Part shown: positions 7,707 to 16,140 of the stretch, piece after piece | Position numbering within the stretch: the first letter of the stretch is position 1 | Layout of the letters: each line of letters opens with the position of its first letter | DNA from: Anaerolineae bacterium | Lineage (GTDB): Bacteria; Chloroflexota; Anaerolineae; JAAYZQ01 | DNA length: 64,000 nt | Reading direction: 5' to 3' | Assembly (NCBI GenBank): GCA_034435455.1 | Contig: DAOTXL010000137.1 | Span: 54,687 to 118,686, forward strand | Notes under the pieces: generated by a model | Told to the model about the DNA's origin: nothing | Databases searched by the model: none | The model's input: only the letters and a program-made list of their open reading frames with translations | Position numbers and translations under genes: made by a program

Positions 7707-10028
7707 CTACTCCTGGTTCCCCCGCTTCTGGATGCCGTCCAGATAGGCGACGTCGCCGGTGTTCAGGTCGGCGGCGTTGGCTTCGTCGGTGTCCAGGTGC
7801 AATTCCAGCTTGAATTTGGGTGAAACCCGCACCACCACGTCGCCAAAGATCAGCTCCCGTTCGTCGCCGGCCCGGACGCGTACCACATCGCCGTCCTGCA
7901 GGCCGAGGCGGCGGGCGTCGTCGGGCGTCATGTGGATATGCCGCTGGGCATAGATGACGCCGTTTTTGATCTCGATCTGGCCGGCCGGGCCTTCCAGGAT
8001 CAGCCCCGGCGTGCCGTCCAGATCGCCCGACAGGCGCACAGGGGCGTTGATGCCCAGCCGGTAGCCCTCTGTCCGGGAGATCTCCACCTGGGTCAGGGTG
8101 CGTGCCGGGCCGAGGACCCGGACGTTCTCTATGCTGCTGCGGGGGCCGATGAGCCGCACCGTCTCTTCGGCGGCGTACTGGCCCGGCTGCGACAGGGGGG
8201 AGCGGGGGGTGAGTTGATGGCCGGCGCCGAACAACCGCTCCACGTCGGCCTGGCTCAGGTGGACGTGGTGGGCCGACACGCCGATGGGGATCGGGATTTT
8301 GCTGGCCTGCATCTGGCGGGTGATGGCCTGGTAGCCCAGGATGCGGATCGTCTCGCGGGCGATCATGCGCGAGGCATCCGAGTGAATGACCAGCACCTTG
8401 ACTTTGGAATCGGGGTGGGAGATCTCTTCCACGCCCGTTACCCCGTCGCGCACCGTCCGGTTTCTGACGGCGTCTATCAGGATGCCCAGGCCCCACATCC
8501 CCTGACAGGCCAGGGCCCGCACCCCGGCCGCGTTCTCCCCGATGCCGCCGGTAAAGACCAGCACATCCAGGCCGCCCAGGACAGCATAGTAGGCGCCGAT
8601 ATACTTGCGCACCCGGTAGGCAAACACCTCGGCGGCCAGCAGGGCCCTGGAGTCGCCGGCGTTGGCCGCAGCGGCGATCTCACGGGTATCGCCCGACAGC
8701 CCCGATAGCCCCTTCAGGCCGCTCTCCCGGTTCAGCAGGTCGTCGATCTGATCGGCCGACAGCCCCTGACGCATCAGGTAGGTGACGATAGCCGGGTCCA
8801 GGTCGCCAGAGCGGGTGACCATGACCAGTCCCTCCAGGGGGGTGAGGCCCATGCTGGTATCCACCGAGCGGCCATGGTCGATGGCGCACACCGAAGCCCC
8901 TTCGCCCAGGTGACAGGTGATGATCTTGAGGCGGGAAAAGGGCCTTTTCAGGTAGGTGGCCGCCATGAGTGCCACATAGTGGTGCGACGGCCCGTGGAAC
9001 CCGTAGCGGCGGATGCCCTCCCTGGTGTACAGTTCCTCCGGCAGGGCGTAGCGATAGGCGTAGGGGGGCATGGTCTGGTGGAAAGCGGTATCGAACACCG
9101 CCACATGGGGCACGTCGGGCAGCAGTTCGCGCAGCCACTCGATGCCCTGGGCCTGCATCGGGTTGTGGAGGGGGGCCAGGGGGGCCAGGCGGCGGATGTC
9201 GGCCAGCACCTGGTCGTCAATCACCACGGGGTTGGAGTACTTGTCGCCGCCATGGACCACCCGGTGGCCAACGGCTGTGATCTCGCCCAGGTCCTTGATG
9301 ACGCCGATCCTGGGATCGGTCAGCCGGTCGAGGACGGCCTGGAGCGCCTGCCGATGGTCGGCCTGGCCTAGCTCGAAGCGGTGCTCGCCGCTGACGGTCC
9401 GGTGGGTCTGGAGGGTGCCCGGCCGGTCAATCCATTCGATCTGCCCTTCGACATGGTGGCTTTCGTCGCCGGTGTCGAAAAAGCGGTACTTGAGCGACCC
9501 GGTGCGCAGGTTGATAACCAATATCTTTTGGGGACCTTCGGGGCCGGGGGTCAGGTTCAGGCCGTAGGGATCGGCCTCTTTTTCGGCCTGCTGGCGGATA
9601 TGTTCTTCTCTGTCTCGCTCGATCAACGTGCCGCGCCGGGCGACGGTCCTGGCAAAACGTTGGAGGGCTGCCGGATCGGCCTGGACCCAGCGGTGAAACA
9701 GATGGCCCGGCACCAGCAGCACCTGGCAGGGGGTGGTGGCGATCACATCTACCGGGGAGGGGATGCCGGCCATCAGCGACAGGGTGCCCAGCTCGCCGCC
9801 GGCCCGGATCGTATCCAGCCGGCGCGGCTCTCCCTCTTGTTCGGCGGTGAAAAAGCCGGCCTCTCCTTCCAGGATCACCCCGAAAAAGGTGAACGGCTGG
9901 CCAAAGGGGACGATCACCTCGCCCGGCGCATAGGGTGCGATCTGGGCCTGTTCCTCAATGGCCTGGGCGATCTCGGGCGGCAGGCCTTCAAAGACCGGGT
10001 ACCGGTTCAGGATTTCTCGCGTAATCAT
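7707..10028 (-). CDS. Tri-domain fusion: cNMP-binding domain + acetate/propionate kinase + PduL-type phosphate acyltransferase
   Basis: The N-terminus has a CAP effector domain (FFGVILEG...ELGTLSLMAG). The middle is AckA (ILVINLRTGS, VVHGGDKYS, HGPSHHYV, ITCHLGEGASVCAIDHGRSVDTSMG, VFTGGIGENAA). The C-terminus aligns nearly residue-for-residue with Salmonella PduL (GVSAHHVHLS, SQPGQYAAEETVRLIGP, AQRHIHMTP, HLDTDEANAA). Confidence 0.85.
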   Translation of the reverse strand: MITREILNRYPVFEGLPPEIAQAIEEQAQIAPYAPGEVIVPFGQPFTFFGVILEGEAGFFTAEQEGEPRRLDTIRAGGELGTLSLMAGIPSPVDVIATTPCQVLLVPGHLFHRWVQADPAALQRFARTVARRGTLIERDREEHIRQQAEKEADPYGLNLTPGPEGPQKILVINLRTGSLKYRFFDTGDESHHVEGQIEWIDRPGTLQTHRTVSGEHRFELGQADHRQALQAVLDRLTDPRIGVIKDLGEITAVGHRVVHGGDKYSNPVVIDDQVLADIRRLAPLAPLHNPMQAQGIEWLRELLPDVPHVAVFDTAFHQTMPPYAYRYALPEELYTREGIRRYGFHGPSHHYVALMAATYLKRPFSRLKIITCHLGEGASVCAIDHGRSVDTSMGLTPLEGLVMVTRSGDLDPAIVTYLMRQGLSADQIDDLLNRESGLKGLSGLSGDTREIAAAANAGDSRALLAAEVFAYRVRKYIGAYYAVLGGLDVLVFTGGIGENAAGVRALACQGMWGLGILIDAVRNRTVRDGVTGVEEISHPDSKVKVLVIHSDASRMIARETIRILGYQAITRQMQASKIPIPIGVSAHHVHLSQADVERLFGAGHQLTPRSPLSQPGQYAAEETVRLIGPRSSIENVRVLGPARTLTQVEISRTEGYRLGINAPVRLSGDLDGTPGLILEGPAGQIEIKNGVIYAQRHIHMTPDDARRLGLQDGDVVRVRAGDERELIFGDVVVRVSPKFKLELHLDTDEANAADLNTGDVAYLDGIQKRGNQE

Positions 10029-10091
10029 AGACTCCTCACCCGTGATGGTTGCTTTTCTTCCTGACCTGGCAGGCTGTGGCAGGACGGAGCT

Positions 10092-10119
10092 ATTATACCA
10101 CCTTTCCTTTCGGCAGCAA
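10092..10119 (-). promoter_or_regulatory. Sigma70-like promoter (TTGCTG-N16-TGgTATAAT) for the kinase fusion gene
   Basis: Hexamers read on the minus strand; leader of about 55 nt to the GGTGAGGAG RBS. Confidence 0.4.
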
Positions 10120-10122
10120 AGA

Positions 10123-10156
10123 CAGGCCTCCGAGGTTTCCCGAACCCCGGAGGCCT
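10123..10156 (-). terminator. Hairpin downstream of the rubrerythrin-like gene (10-bp perfect stem CAGGCCTCCG/CGGAGGCCTG)
   Basis: Stem-loop followed on the minus strand by a weak U-tract (UCUUUGCUG). Confidence 0.35.
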
Positions 10157-10204
10157 GTGATGTGGGCTCTCCGATGGCTTTCCAGGAGGGTACTGCCGGT
10201 ATGA

Positions 10205-10666
10205 TCAGAAGTCGCGGTAGATGACCTCTTCGTACCAGCCTTCTACCAGGTTTTTGTGCCGGAGTTCATCTTTGGCCATGGCCTCGAACAGGTCGCGGAT
10301 CTCGCCCTCGTTCTGCTCTGCCAGGTCGCGGTATAGCTCATAAGACTGCTGTTCTTTCCGCGAGGCAAAGATGCACACATCCTGGAAGGTCGAGTCGGGT
10401 CCCAGCGGCTGGACAACCAGATGATCGCCGATCTTGTAGTCCTGGATGGGGGCCTGTTGCAGGCGTCGGACGGCCCGGCGGACGCTGCCGGGGCTGGCCA
10501 GCATCCGTTCCAGGGCGGCTTTGTGCCCCAGTTCCTCCTGGGCGAGCTGGCGCAACGTCTCTTTGACATGCTCGGCCTTGACCAGGGCCACGGCGTGGGT
10601 GTACAGTTCATGAGATTCGATCTCACCCTGGATCGCTTCTTTCAGGATCTCTTCAATGGCAGACAT
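10205..10666 (-). CDS. Rubrerythrin/ferritin-like diiron protein
   Basis: Two E-x-x-H motifs (EELGHKAALERM, DELRHKNLVEG). AAGGAG RBS 6 nt before the ATG (MSAIEE...). The track ORF's TTG extension was rejected. Confidence 0.6.
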   Translation of the reverse strand: MSAIEEILKEAIQGEIESHELYTHAVALVKAEHVKETLRQLAQEELGHKAALERMLASPGSVRRAVRRLQQAPIQDYKIGDHLVVQPLGPDSTFQDVCIFASRKEQQSYELYRDLAEQNEGEIRDLFEAMAKDELRHKNLVEGWYEEVIYRDF

Positions 10667-10718
10667 CGTTCGCTCCTTGGTTTTGACTTTCAAAAGTGGC
10701 GGGTGCAGGTCGGCCGGA

Positions 10719-11096
10719 TCACTGCTTCAGCAGCCGGTTGACCTCTTGGACCATCCGCTGCAGTGGGACAGGCTTGGTCAAGAAGGTGTCCAGGTGGATG
10801 TACTCGTCGGTCGGGAACAGTTCGGCATAGTCGGTGTTGGCGATGGAGGTCACCATGATGATCGGAATCTCTTTATAGTCCGGGTGTTCGCTCAGGGCTT
10901 GAGAAACCGACAGGCCGTCCAGGACGGTGGCCATGATGATGTCCAGGATGATCAGGTCGGGGGGTTCCTGGTTGATCTTGCGCAGGGCTTCGTCGCCGCT
11001 GGCGGCGCTGTCAACCTGGTAGCCTGCCTGTTCGAGGGCGATGGAGGTGGCGGCGACAAAGTCGGGATCGTCATCTACCACGAGAATTTTAGCCAT
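10719..11096 (-). CDS. Stand-alone response-regulator receiver domain (CheY-like)
   Basis: MAKILVVDDDPDF...D...ILDIIM...K motifs; GGAGAAGGAAAATG RBS. It overlaps the upstream stop. Confidence 0.8.
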   Translation of the reverse strand: MAKILVVDDDPDFVAATSIALEQAGYQVDSAASGDEALRKINQEPPDLIILDIIMATVLDGLSVSQALSEHPDYKEIPIIMVTSIANTDYAELFPTDEYIHLDTFLTKPVPLQRMVQEVNRLLKQ

Positions 11097-12363
11097 TTTC
11101 CTTCTCCTTACATTGCCGGTAACGGATATGGTCTTGGTATTCATGGCGGAAATGCTGGAGGGAAGAGAGGACCGGGTTCACCACGGCGTCGCCCATGGGG
11201 CACAGGGTATGGCCGGCGATCCCCTGACACAACGATTCCAGACGGTCCAGGTCGTCGGGCTGGCCCTGTCCCTGCACGATGCGGGTCAACGTCTCCAGCA
11301 GGCGCAGGGAACCCATGCGGCAGGGGGTGCACTGGCCACACGACTCGTGGGCGAAAAAGTCGATCAGGCGGCGGGCCACTTCGACCATGCAGGTCCCCTC
11401 TTCCATGACCACGATCGCCCCGGTGCCCAACATGGTGCCGGCCTGGGCCAGCGATTCAAAGTCCATCGGGATGTCAATCTGGTCGGGCAGCAACATCGGC
11501 GTGGAGGCTCCGCCGGGGATCACCGCCTTGAGGGGGCGGTCGCCGCGCATCCCGCCGGCATACTGCTCGAGGAGGGTGCGCAGGGGCGTGCCCAGCGGCA
11601 GTTCATAGTTTCCCGGTCGCCGCACATGCCCGCTGATGCAAAAGAGTTTGGGCCCGGGGCTCTTTTCTGTCCCCATCGTTCGGTACCACTCGGCGCCGTG
11701 CAGGACGATGTGGGGCACGTTGGCCAGCGTTTCGACGTTGTGGACCAGGGTGGGCCGGTTCCAGAAGCCTCTCTGGGTCGGGTAAGGCGGCTTGAGGCGC
11801 GGCTCGCCCCGTTTCCCTTCCAGGGAGTTGATGAGGGCCGTCTCTTCGCCGCAAATGTAGGCCCCTGCCCCCCGGTGCACCGACAGGTCCAGGTCAAAGC
11901 CGCTGCCCAGGATATTTTTGCCCAGGAAGCCGTAGGCATAGGCGTCGTCAATGGCTTTGATCCAGCGTTTGACCCCCAGGAAAAACTCGCCGCGGATGTA
12001 GACAAAGGCGCGATGGGCGCCCACTGCATAGGCAGCGATGATCGTCCCCTCGATGATCGAGTGGGGATCGTGCTCCACCAGCAGGCGGTCTTTGAAGGTC
12101 CCCGGTTCCCCTTCATCGGTGTTGACGCAGAGGTATTTGGCGACCGGTTCTTTGGGCATAAACCCCCACTTGACGCCCGCCGGGAAGCCGGCCCCCCCCC
12201 GTCCCCGCAGGCCGGAAGCTTTGACCAGGGCGATCAGCTCTTCAGGCAACATCTGCAGGGCCTTGCGCAGGGCGGTGTAGCCGCCGCGCTCCAGGTAGAC
12301 GGCGATCCGTTCCGAGTTGGGGATGCCCACGTTGCGCGTCAGGACCGGCGCAAAGGTGCCCAT
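11089..12363 (-). CDS. NuoF/HoxF/FdsB-type NAD(H)-binding FMN + 4Fe-4S flavoprotein
   Basis: GRGGAGFPAGVKW, ICGEETALINSLEG and ESCGQCTPCR motifs. Confidence 0.85.
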   Translation of the reverse strand: MGTFAPVLTRNVGIPNSERIAVYLERGGYTALRKALQMLPEELIALVKASGLRGRGGAGFPAGVKWGFMPKEPVAKYLCVNTDEGEPGTFKDRLLVEHDPHSIIEGTIIAAYAVGAHRAFVYIRGEFFLGVKRWIKAIDDAYAYGFLGKNILGSGFDLDLSVHRGAGAYICGEETALINSLEGKRGEPRLKPPYPTQRGFWNRPTLVHNVETLANVPHIVLHGAEWYRTMGTEKSPGPKLFCISGHVRRPGNYELPLGTPLRTLLEQYAGGMRGDRPLKAVIPGGASTPMLLPDQIDIPMDFESLAQAGTMLGTGAIVVMEEGTCMVEVARRLIDFFAHESCGQCTPCRMGSLRLLETLTRIVQGQGQPDDLDRLESLCQGIAGHTLCPMGDAVVNPVLSSLQHFRHEYQDHIRYRQCKEKENG

Positions 12364-12818
12364 GGGGCTGCCCTCTCGATCAGCTCATCAATCAACAGGT
12401 CCACTTTGGCCGTGGTGAGGTTTTCGTACAGCTCGTCGTTCACCCGCATGGCCGGGGCCGTGCCGCACGAGGCCAGGCATTGCACCGTTTCCAGGGTAAA
12501 CAGGCCATCGGCCGTCGTTTCTCCGACCTGGATTTCCAGTTTGCGCTGCAAATAGTCCACCAGCCGCTCGGCCCCGTCGGCCAGGTAGCAGCTCAACCCC
12601 CGGCAGACCTGGAGCACGTACCGGCCCGCCGGCCGGGTGCGGAACAGGGTGTAGAAGCTGGCCGTGCTGTACACCCCGGCCTGGGGCAGGCCCAGCCGTT
12701 CGGCCACCCGTTCCAGCGCCTCCGGGGAAAGATACCGTTCTTGCTCCTGGGCGATGTAGAGGGCGGTGAGGAGGCGCGCCCGTCTGGCAGGGTCAGGGAC
12801 CTGGGGGCCTGTGGCCAT
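12339..12818 (-). CDS. NuoE/FdsG-type thioredoxin-like [2Fe-2S] subunit
   Basis: CRGLSCYLADG...CLASCGTAPAM cysteine pattern. Confidence 0.85.
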   Translation of the reverse strand: MATGPQVPDPARRARLLTALYIAQEQERYLSPEALERVAERLGLPQAGVYSTASFYTLFRTRPAGRYVLQVCRGLSCYLADGAERLVDYLQRKLEIQVGETTADGLFTLETVQCLASCGTAPAMRVNDELYENLTTAKVDLLIDELIERAAPWAPLRRS

Positions 12819-12860
12819 CAGCCGCTCTCCTTTCCTGGTTCCCTGTGGCCCTGGGGGCCG

Positions 12861-13355
12861 TTATCCTCCCCAGGGCATCTGGGCGTACTCTTCAAAGGCC
12901 CGGTCGTGGAGCGTCTTGAACAGCTTTTCGTGCTGCCGCTCCCAGCCGGCCAGCATCTGGAGCGATTTTCGGGCGGCGGCGTCTTGCACCCGCTCGGCGG
13001 CCAGGTCGTAAAACTCGGCAAAGTCGCGTTCGATGAGATAGGCCATGCGCAGCACCGCCAGGTCGGGCACCATGGCTTCGATAACCGTTTGATCGAGCAG
13101 TTCGCTCACGGCCCGATCGGAGAAAAAGCCCGACCGTTCTAGCTCCAGGCCGGCCTCCGGGCCGGTGTCGCCGGCGGCATCCAGGGCGCTGAGGAGGGTC
13201 TGGATAAACTGGATATGTTTTTCCTCCTCCTGGGCCAACTGCTCGAACACGCCGATAACGGCCGCGTGGCCGAAGCGACCGGCATTGGCCCGGAAAAAGT
13301 CCCGCCCTTCCTCTTCACGTTTCAGGGCGTATTGGTATATTTTTTCCAGGTCCAT
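12861..13355 (-). CDS. Rubrerythrin/ferritin-like diiron protein (second copy in the operon)
   Basis: E-x-x-H pairs (EEEKHIQF, WERQHEKL). CAGGAGGAAACGATG RBS in front of MDLEKIY... Confidence 0.6.
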   Translation of the reverse strand: MDLEKIYQYALKREEEGRDFFRANAGRFGHAAVIGVFEQLAQEEEKHIQFIQTLLSALDAAGDTGPEAGLELERSGFFSDRAVSELLDQTVIEAMVPDLAVLRMAYLIERDFAEFYDLAAERVQDAAARKSLQMLAGWERQHEKLFKTLHDRAFEEYAQMPWGG

Positions 13356-13390
13356 CGTTTCCTCCTGGCAGGGCGAAATGACATCTTGTC

Positions 13391-16090
13391 CTACAACGCT
13401 TCGACCTTGATGGCACACACCTTGAACTGCGGGATCTTGCCGACCGGGTCCAATGCGGCGATGGTCAGCTTGTTGGCTGCTGCTTCGGCAAAGTGCCAGG
13501 CCATGAACACAACGCCCGGATCGGTCCTGGGGCTGACCAGGGCCTCTGCTTCGACGGAGCCGCGCCGCGACGACAGGCGCACCCGTTGGCCGTCGGCGAT
13601 GCCCAGCCGGGCGGCGTCATCGGGGTTGATCTCGACCAGCGGTGCCGGGTAGATGGCCGTCAGCCCGGCCGACCGGCGGGTCATGGAGGTGGTGTGGTAG
13701 TGGTATAGCACCCGGCCGGTGGTCAGGATGAACGGATAGGTCTCGTCCGGCTCCTCGGCGGGCGGTTGCCAGTCCACGGCGCTGAACAGGCCCAGCCCGC
13801 GGCTGAACTTGCCTACGTGCAGGATCGGGGTGCCGGGGTGGTCGGGGTTCGGGCAGGGCCATTGCAGGCCCTGGTCACCGATGCGGTCGTAGGTGATGCC
13901 GGCGTAGCTGGGGGTCAGGCGGTTGATCTCGTCCATGATCTCCCGGGGCGAGGGGTAGGTCAGGCCGTCGTAGCCCATCCGGCGGGCGATCTGGCCGATG
14001 ATCCACCAATCGGGCCGGGCCTCGCCGGGCGATGGCACTGCCGGTCGGACAAACTGCACCCGTCGTTCTGAATTGGTAAAGGTGCCCAGCTTTTCCGCCC
14101 AGCTCTGGGTGGGCAGCACCACGTCGGCCAGGGCCGCTGTCTCGGTGAGGAAAATATCCTGGACCACCAGGAACTCCAGGCTGCGCAGGCACTGTTCGGT
14201 GTGGTTGGCGTCCGGATCAGATAGCAGGGGGTTTTCGCCCATGATGTACAGGGCGCGGATTTCGCCGGTTTCGGCCCGGGATAACATCTCGGTCACCGTC
14301 AGGCCCACTTGATTGGAGAGGGGCACTCCCCAGGCCTCTTCAAACTTTTTCCGACTGGCCTCCAGGGTCACGGCCTGGTAGCCGGTGTAGACGTTGGGCA
14401 GGCCGCCCACATCGCATGCGCCCTGGACGTTGTTCTGACCGCGCAGGGGGTTGACTCCGCCGCCCGGCAGGCCGATATTCCCCAGGAGCATCTGCAAGTT
14501 GGCGCAGCTCAGCACGTTCCGGTGGCCGGTGTTGTGCTGGGTGATGCCCATGGCGTACAGCATCGCGCCCGGTTTGTGGGCCGCCAGCAGGTGGGCCGCT
14601 TCGACGATCTGTTCGGCCGGCACACCGCAGATCGCCGCCACCCGCTCCGGCGGGTATTCCAGGATTTTGGCTTTGAACTCCGCAAAGCCCTCGGTCCGTT
14701 CGGCGACGAACTGTTTGTCGTACAGATCCTCGGTGATCAGGACGTGCATGATGCCGTTGAGCAGGGCGATGTCGGTGCCCGGTTTCTGGCGGATGTGGAG
14801 GGTGGCGTATTCGGCGATGGGGATGGTGCGCGGGTCACACAGGATGATCCGGGCGCCCCGCTGCTTCACCGCCTGGCGGAGCCGCATGCCCAACACCGGG
14901 TGGTTTTCGGTGGTGTTGGAGCCGATGATCAGGTAGATCTGGGCCTGTAGGGCGATATCGTCGAAGGAGTTGGTCATCGCCCCGGAGCCGAAAGCTGTGA
15001 CCAGACCGGTCACGGTCACGCTGTGTCAAAGGCGAGCACAGTGGTCTACATTGTTCGTTCCCATCACAGCGCGGGCGAACTTTTGCATGACATAATTCTC
15101 TTCGTTGGTGCATTTGGCCGAGGCCAGGGCGGCGAACGCCGAGGGCCCATACCGGTCCTTGATCTCCCGCAGCCGGGTGGCAACCAGGTCGAGGGCCTCG
15201 TCCCAGGTGGCCTCTTCCAGCTCGCCCCCCTTTTCTCGACGGATCAAAGGCCGGGTCAGCCGGTCGGGGTGGTGGACGAAATCCCAGCCGAAACGCCCCT
15301 TGACGCAGAGCCAGCCGTGGTTGGCCGGGGCGTCCCACTTGGAAGCCACGCCCAGGATGCGCCCGTCTTTGACCTTGAGGTAGAATTGGCAGCCCACGCC
15401 GCAGTAGGGGCAGGTGGTCGCCACCTGGGTCATCTCCCAGGCCCGGCCCTGACCCTGACCCAGGAGGGGGTGCAGCGCCGCCGTTGGGCACAGTTCGACG
15501 CACATGCCGCAGAATTCGCATGGGCTGTCCTGGAGCGTGCCGTCGAAAGCGGTGCCGATCTTGCTTTCCCAGCCGCGCCAGATGACGCCGATGGCCTCCA
15601 CGCCGTTGATCTCCTGGCAGGCGCGGACGCAACGGCGGCAAAGGACGCACTTGTTATAGTCGCGGATGAAGAACGGGTTAGAGGTGTCCAGGGGGTAGTG
15701 GTGCTGGGCGCCGGGGAAGCGGCTCTGTTTGATGCCGTATTGATAGGCCAGGTCTTGTAGCTCGCAGCTCCCCGTCCGCTCGCAGGTCATGCAATCCAGG
15801 GGATGGTCCGAGAGCAGCAGTTCCAGGACAAACCGCCGGGCTTCCTCCACCTGGGGCGAGTGGGTCTTGACCTCCAGGCCATGGGTTGCCGGAAAGGTGC
15901 AGGCCGGTTGCAGCGTCCGCTGCTGCGCCACTTCTACCAGACACAGGCGGCAGGCACCGATGGGGGCCAGGGCGGGGTGATGGCACAGGGTGGGGATTTT
16001 GATGCCCGCGGCGGTGGCTACCTCCAGGATCGTCTGCCCCTCTCGGGTCTGGATTTTCTGTCCGTTGATGGTAAGGGTCACCGTTGTCAT
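13391..16090 (-). CDS. fdhA: Formate dehydrogenase catalytic (alpha) subunit, selenocysteine-containing: N-terminal 2Fe-2S/4Fe-4S (NuoG-like) domains plus molybdopterin domain
   Basis: ORFs 15026..16090 and 13391..15019 are in the same frame and separated only by TGA. Read-through gives ...[33 protein letters not shown], which aligns to E. coli FdhF ...CARV-U-HGPSVAGLHQSVGNGAMSN. Confidence 0.8.
14990..15025 (-). ncRNA. SECIS-like hairpin directly 3' of the in-frame UGA
   Basis: mRNA reads UGA CAC AGC GUGACC-GUGACC-GGUCU-GGUCAC: a 6-bp stem with a GGUCU apical loop about 15 nt after the UGA. E. coli fdhF has GGUCUG at the same place. Confidence 0.5.
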
Positions 16091-16140
16091 TGCCGATTGC
16101 CTTTCCGTTCAGGATGAAATATGGGGCCGGGGCCTCTTGT

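Noticed and set aside
7687-8496. 269-aa Arg/Pro-rich ORF on the minus strand
   Set aside because: It is an alternative frame inside the Ack-PduL fusion gene. The extreme R/P/G composition is a GC third-position artefact.
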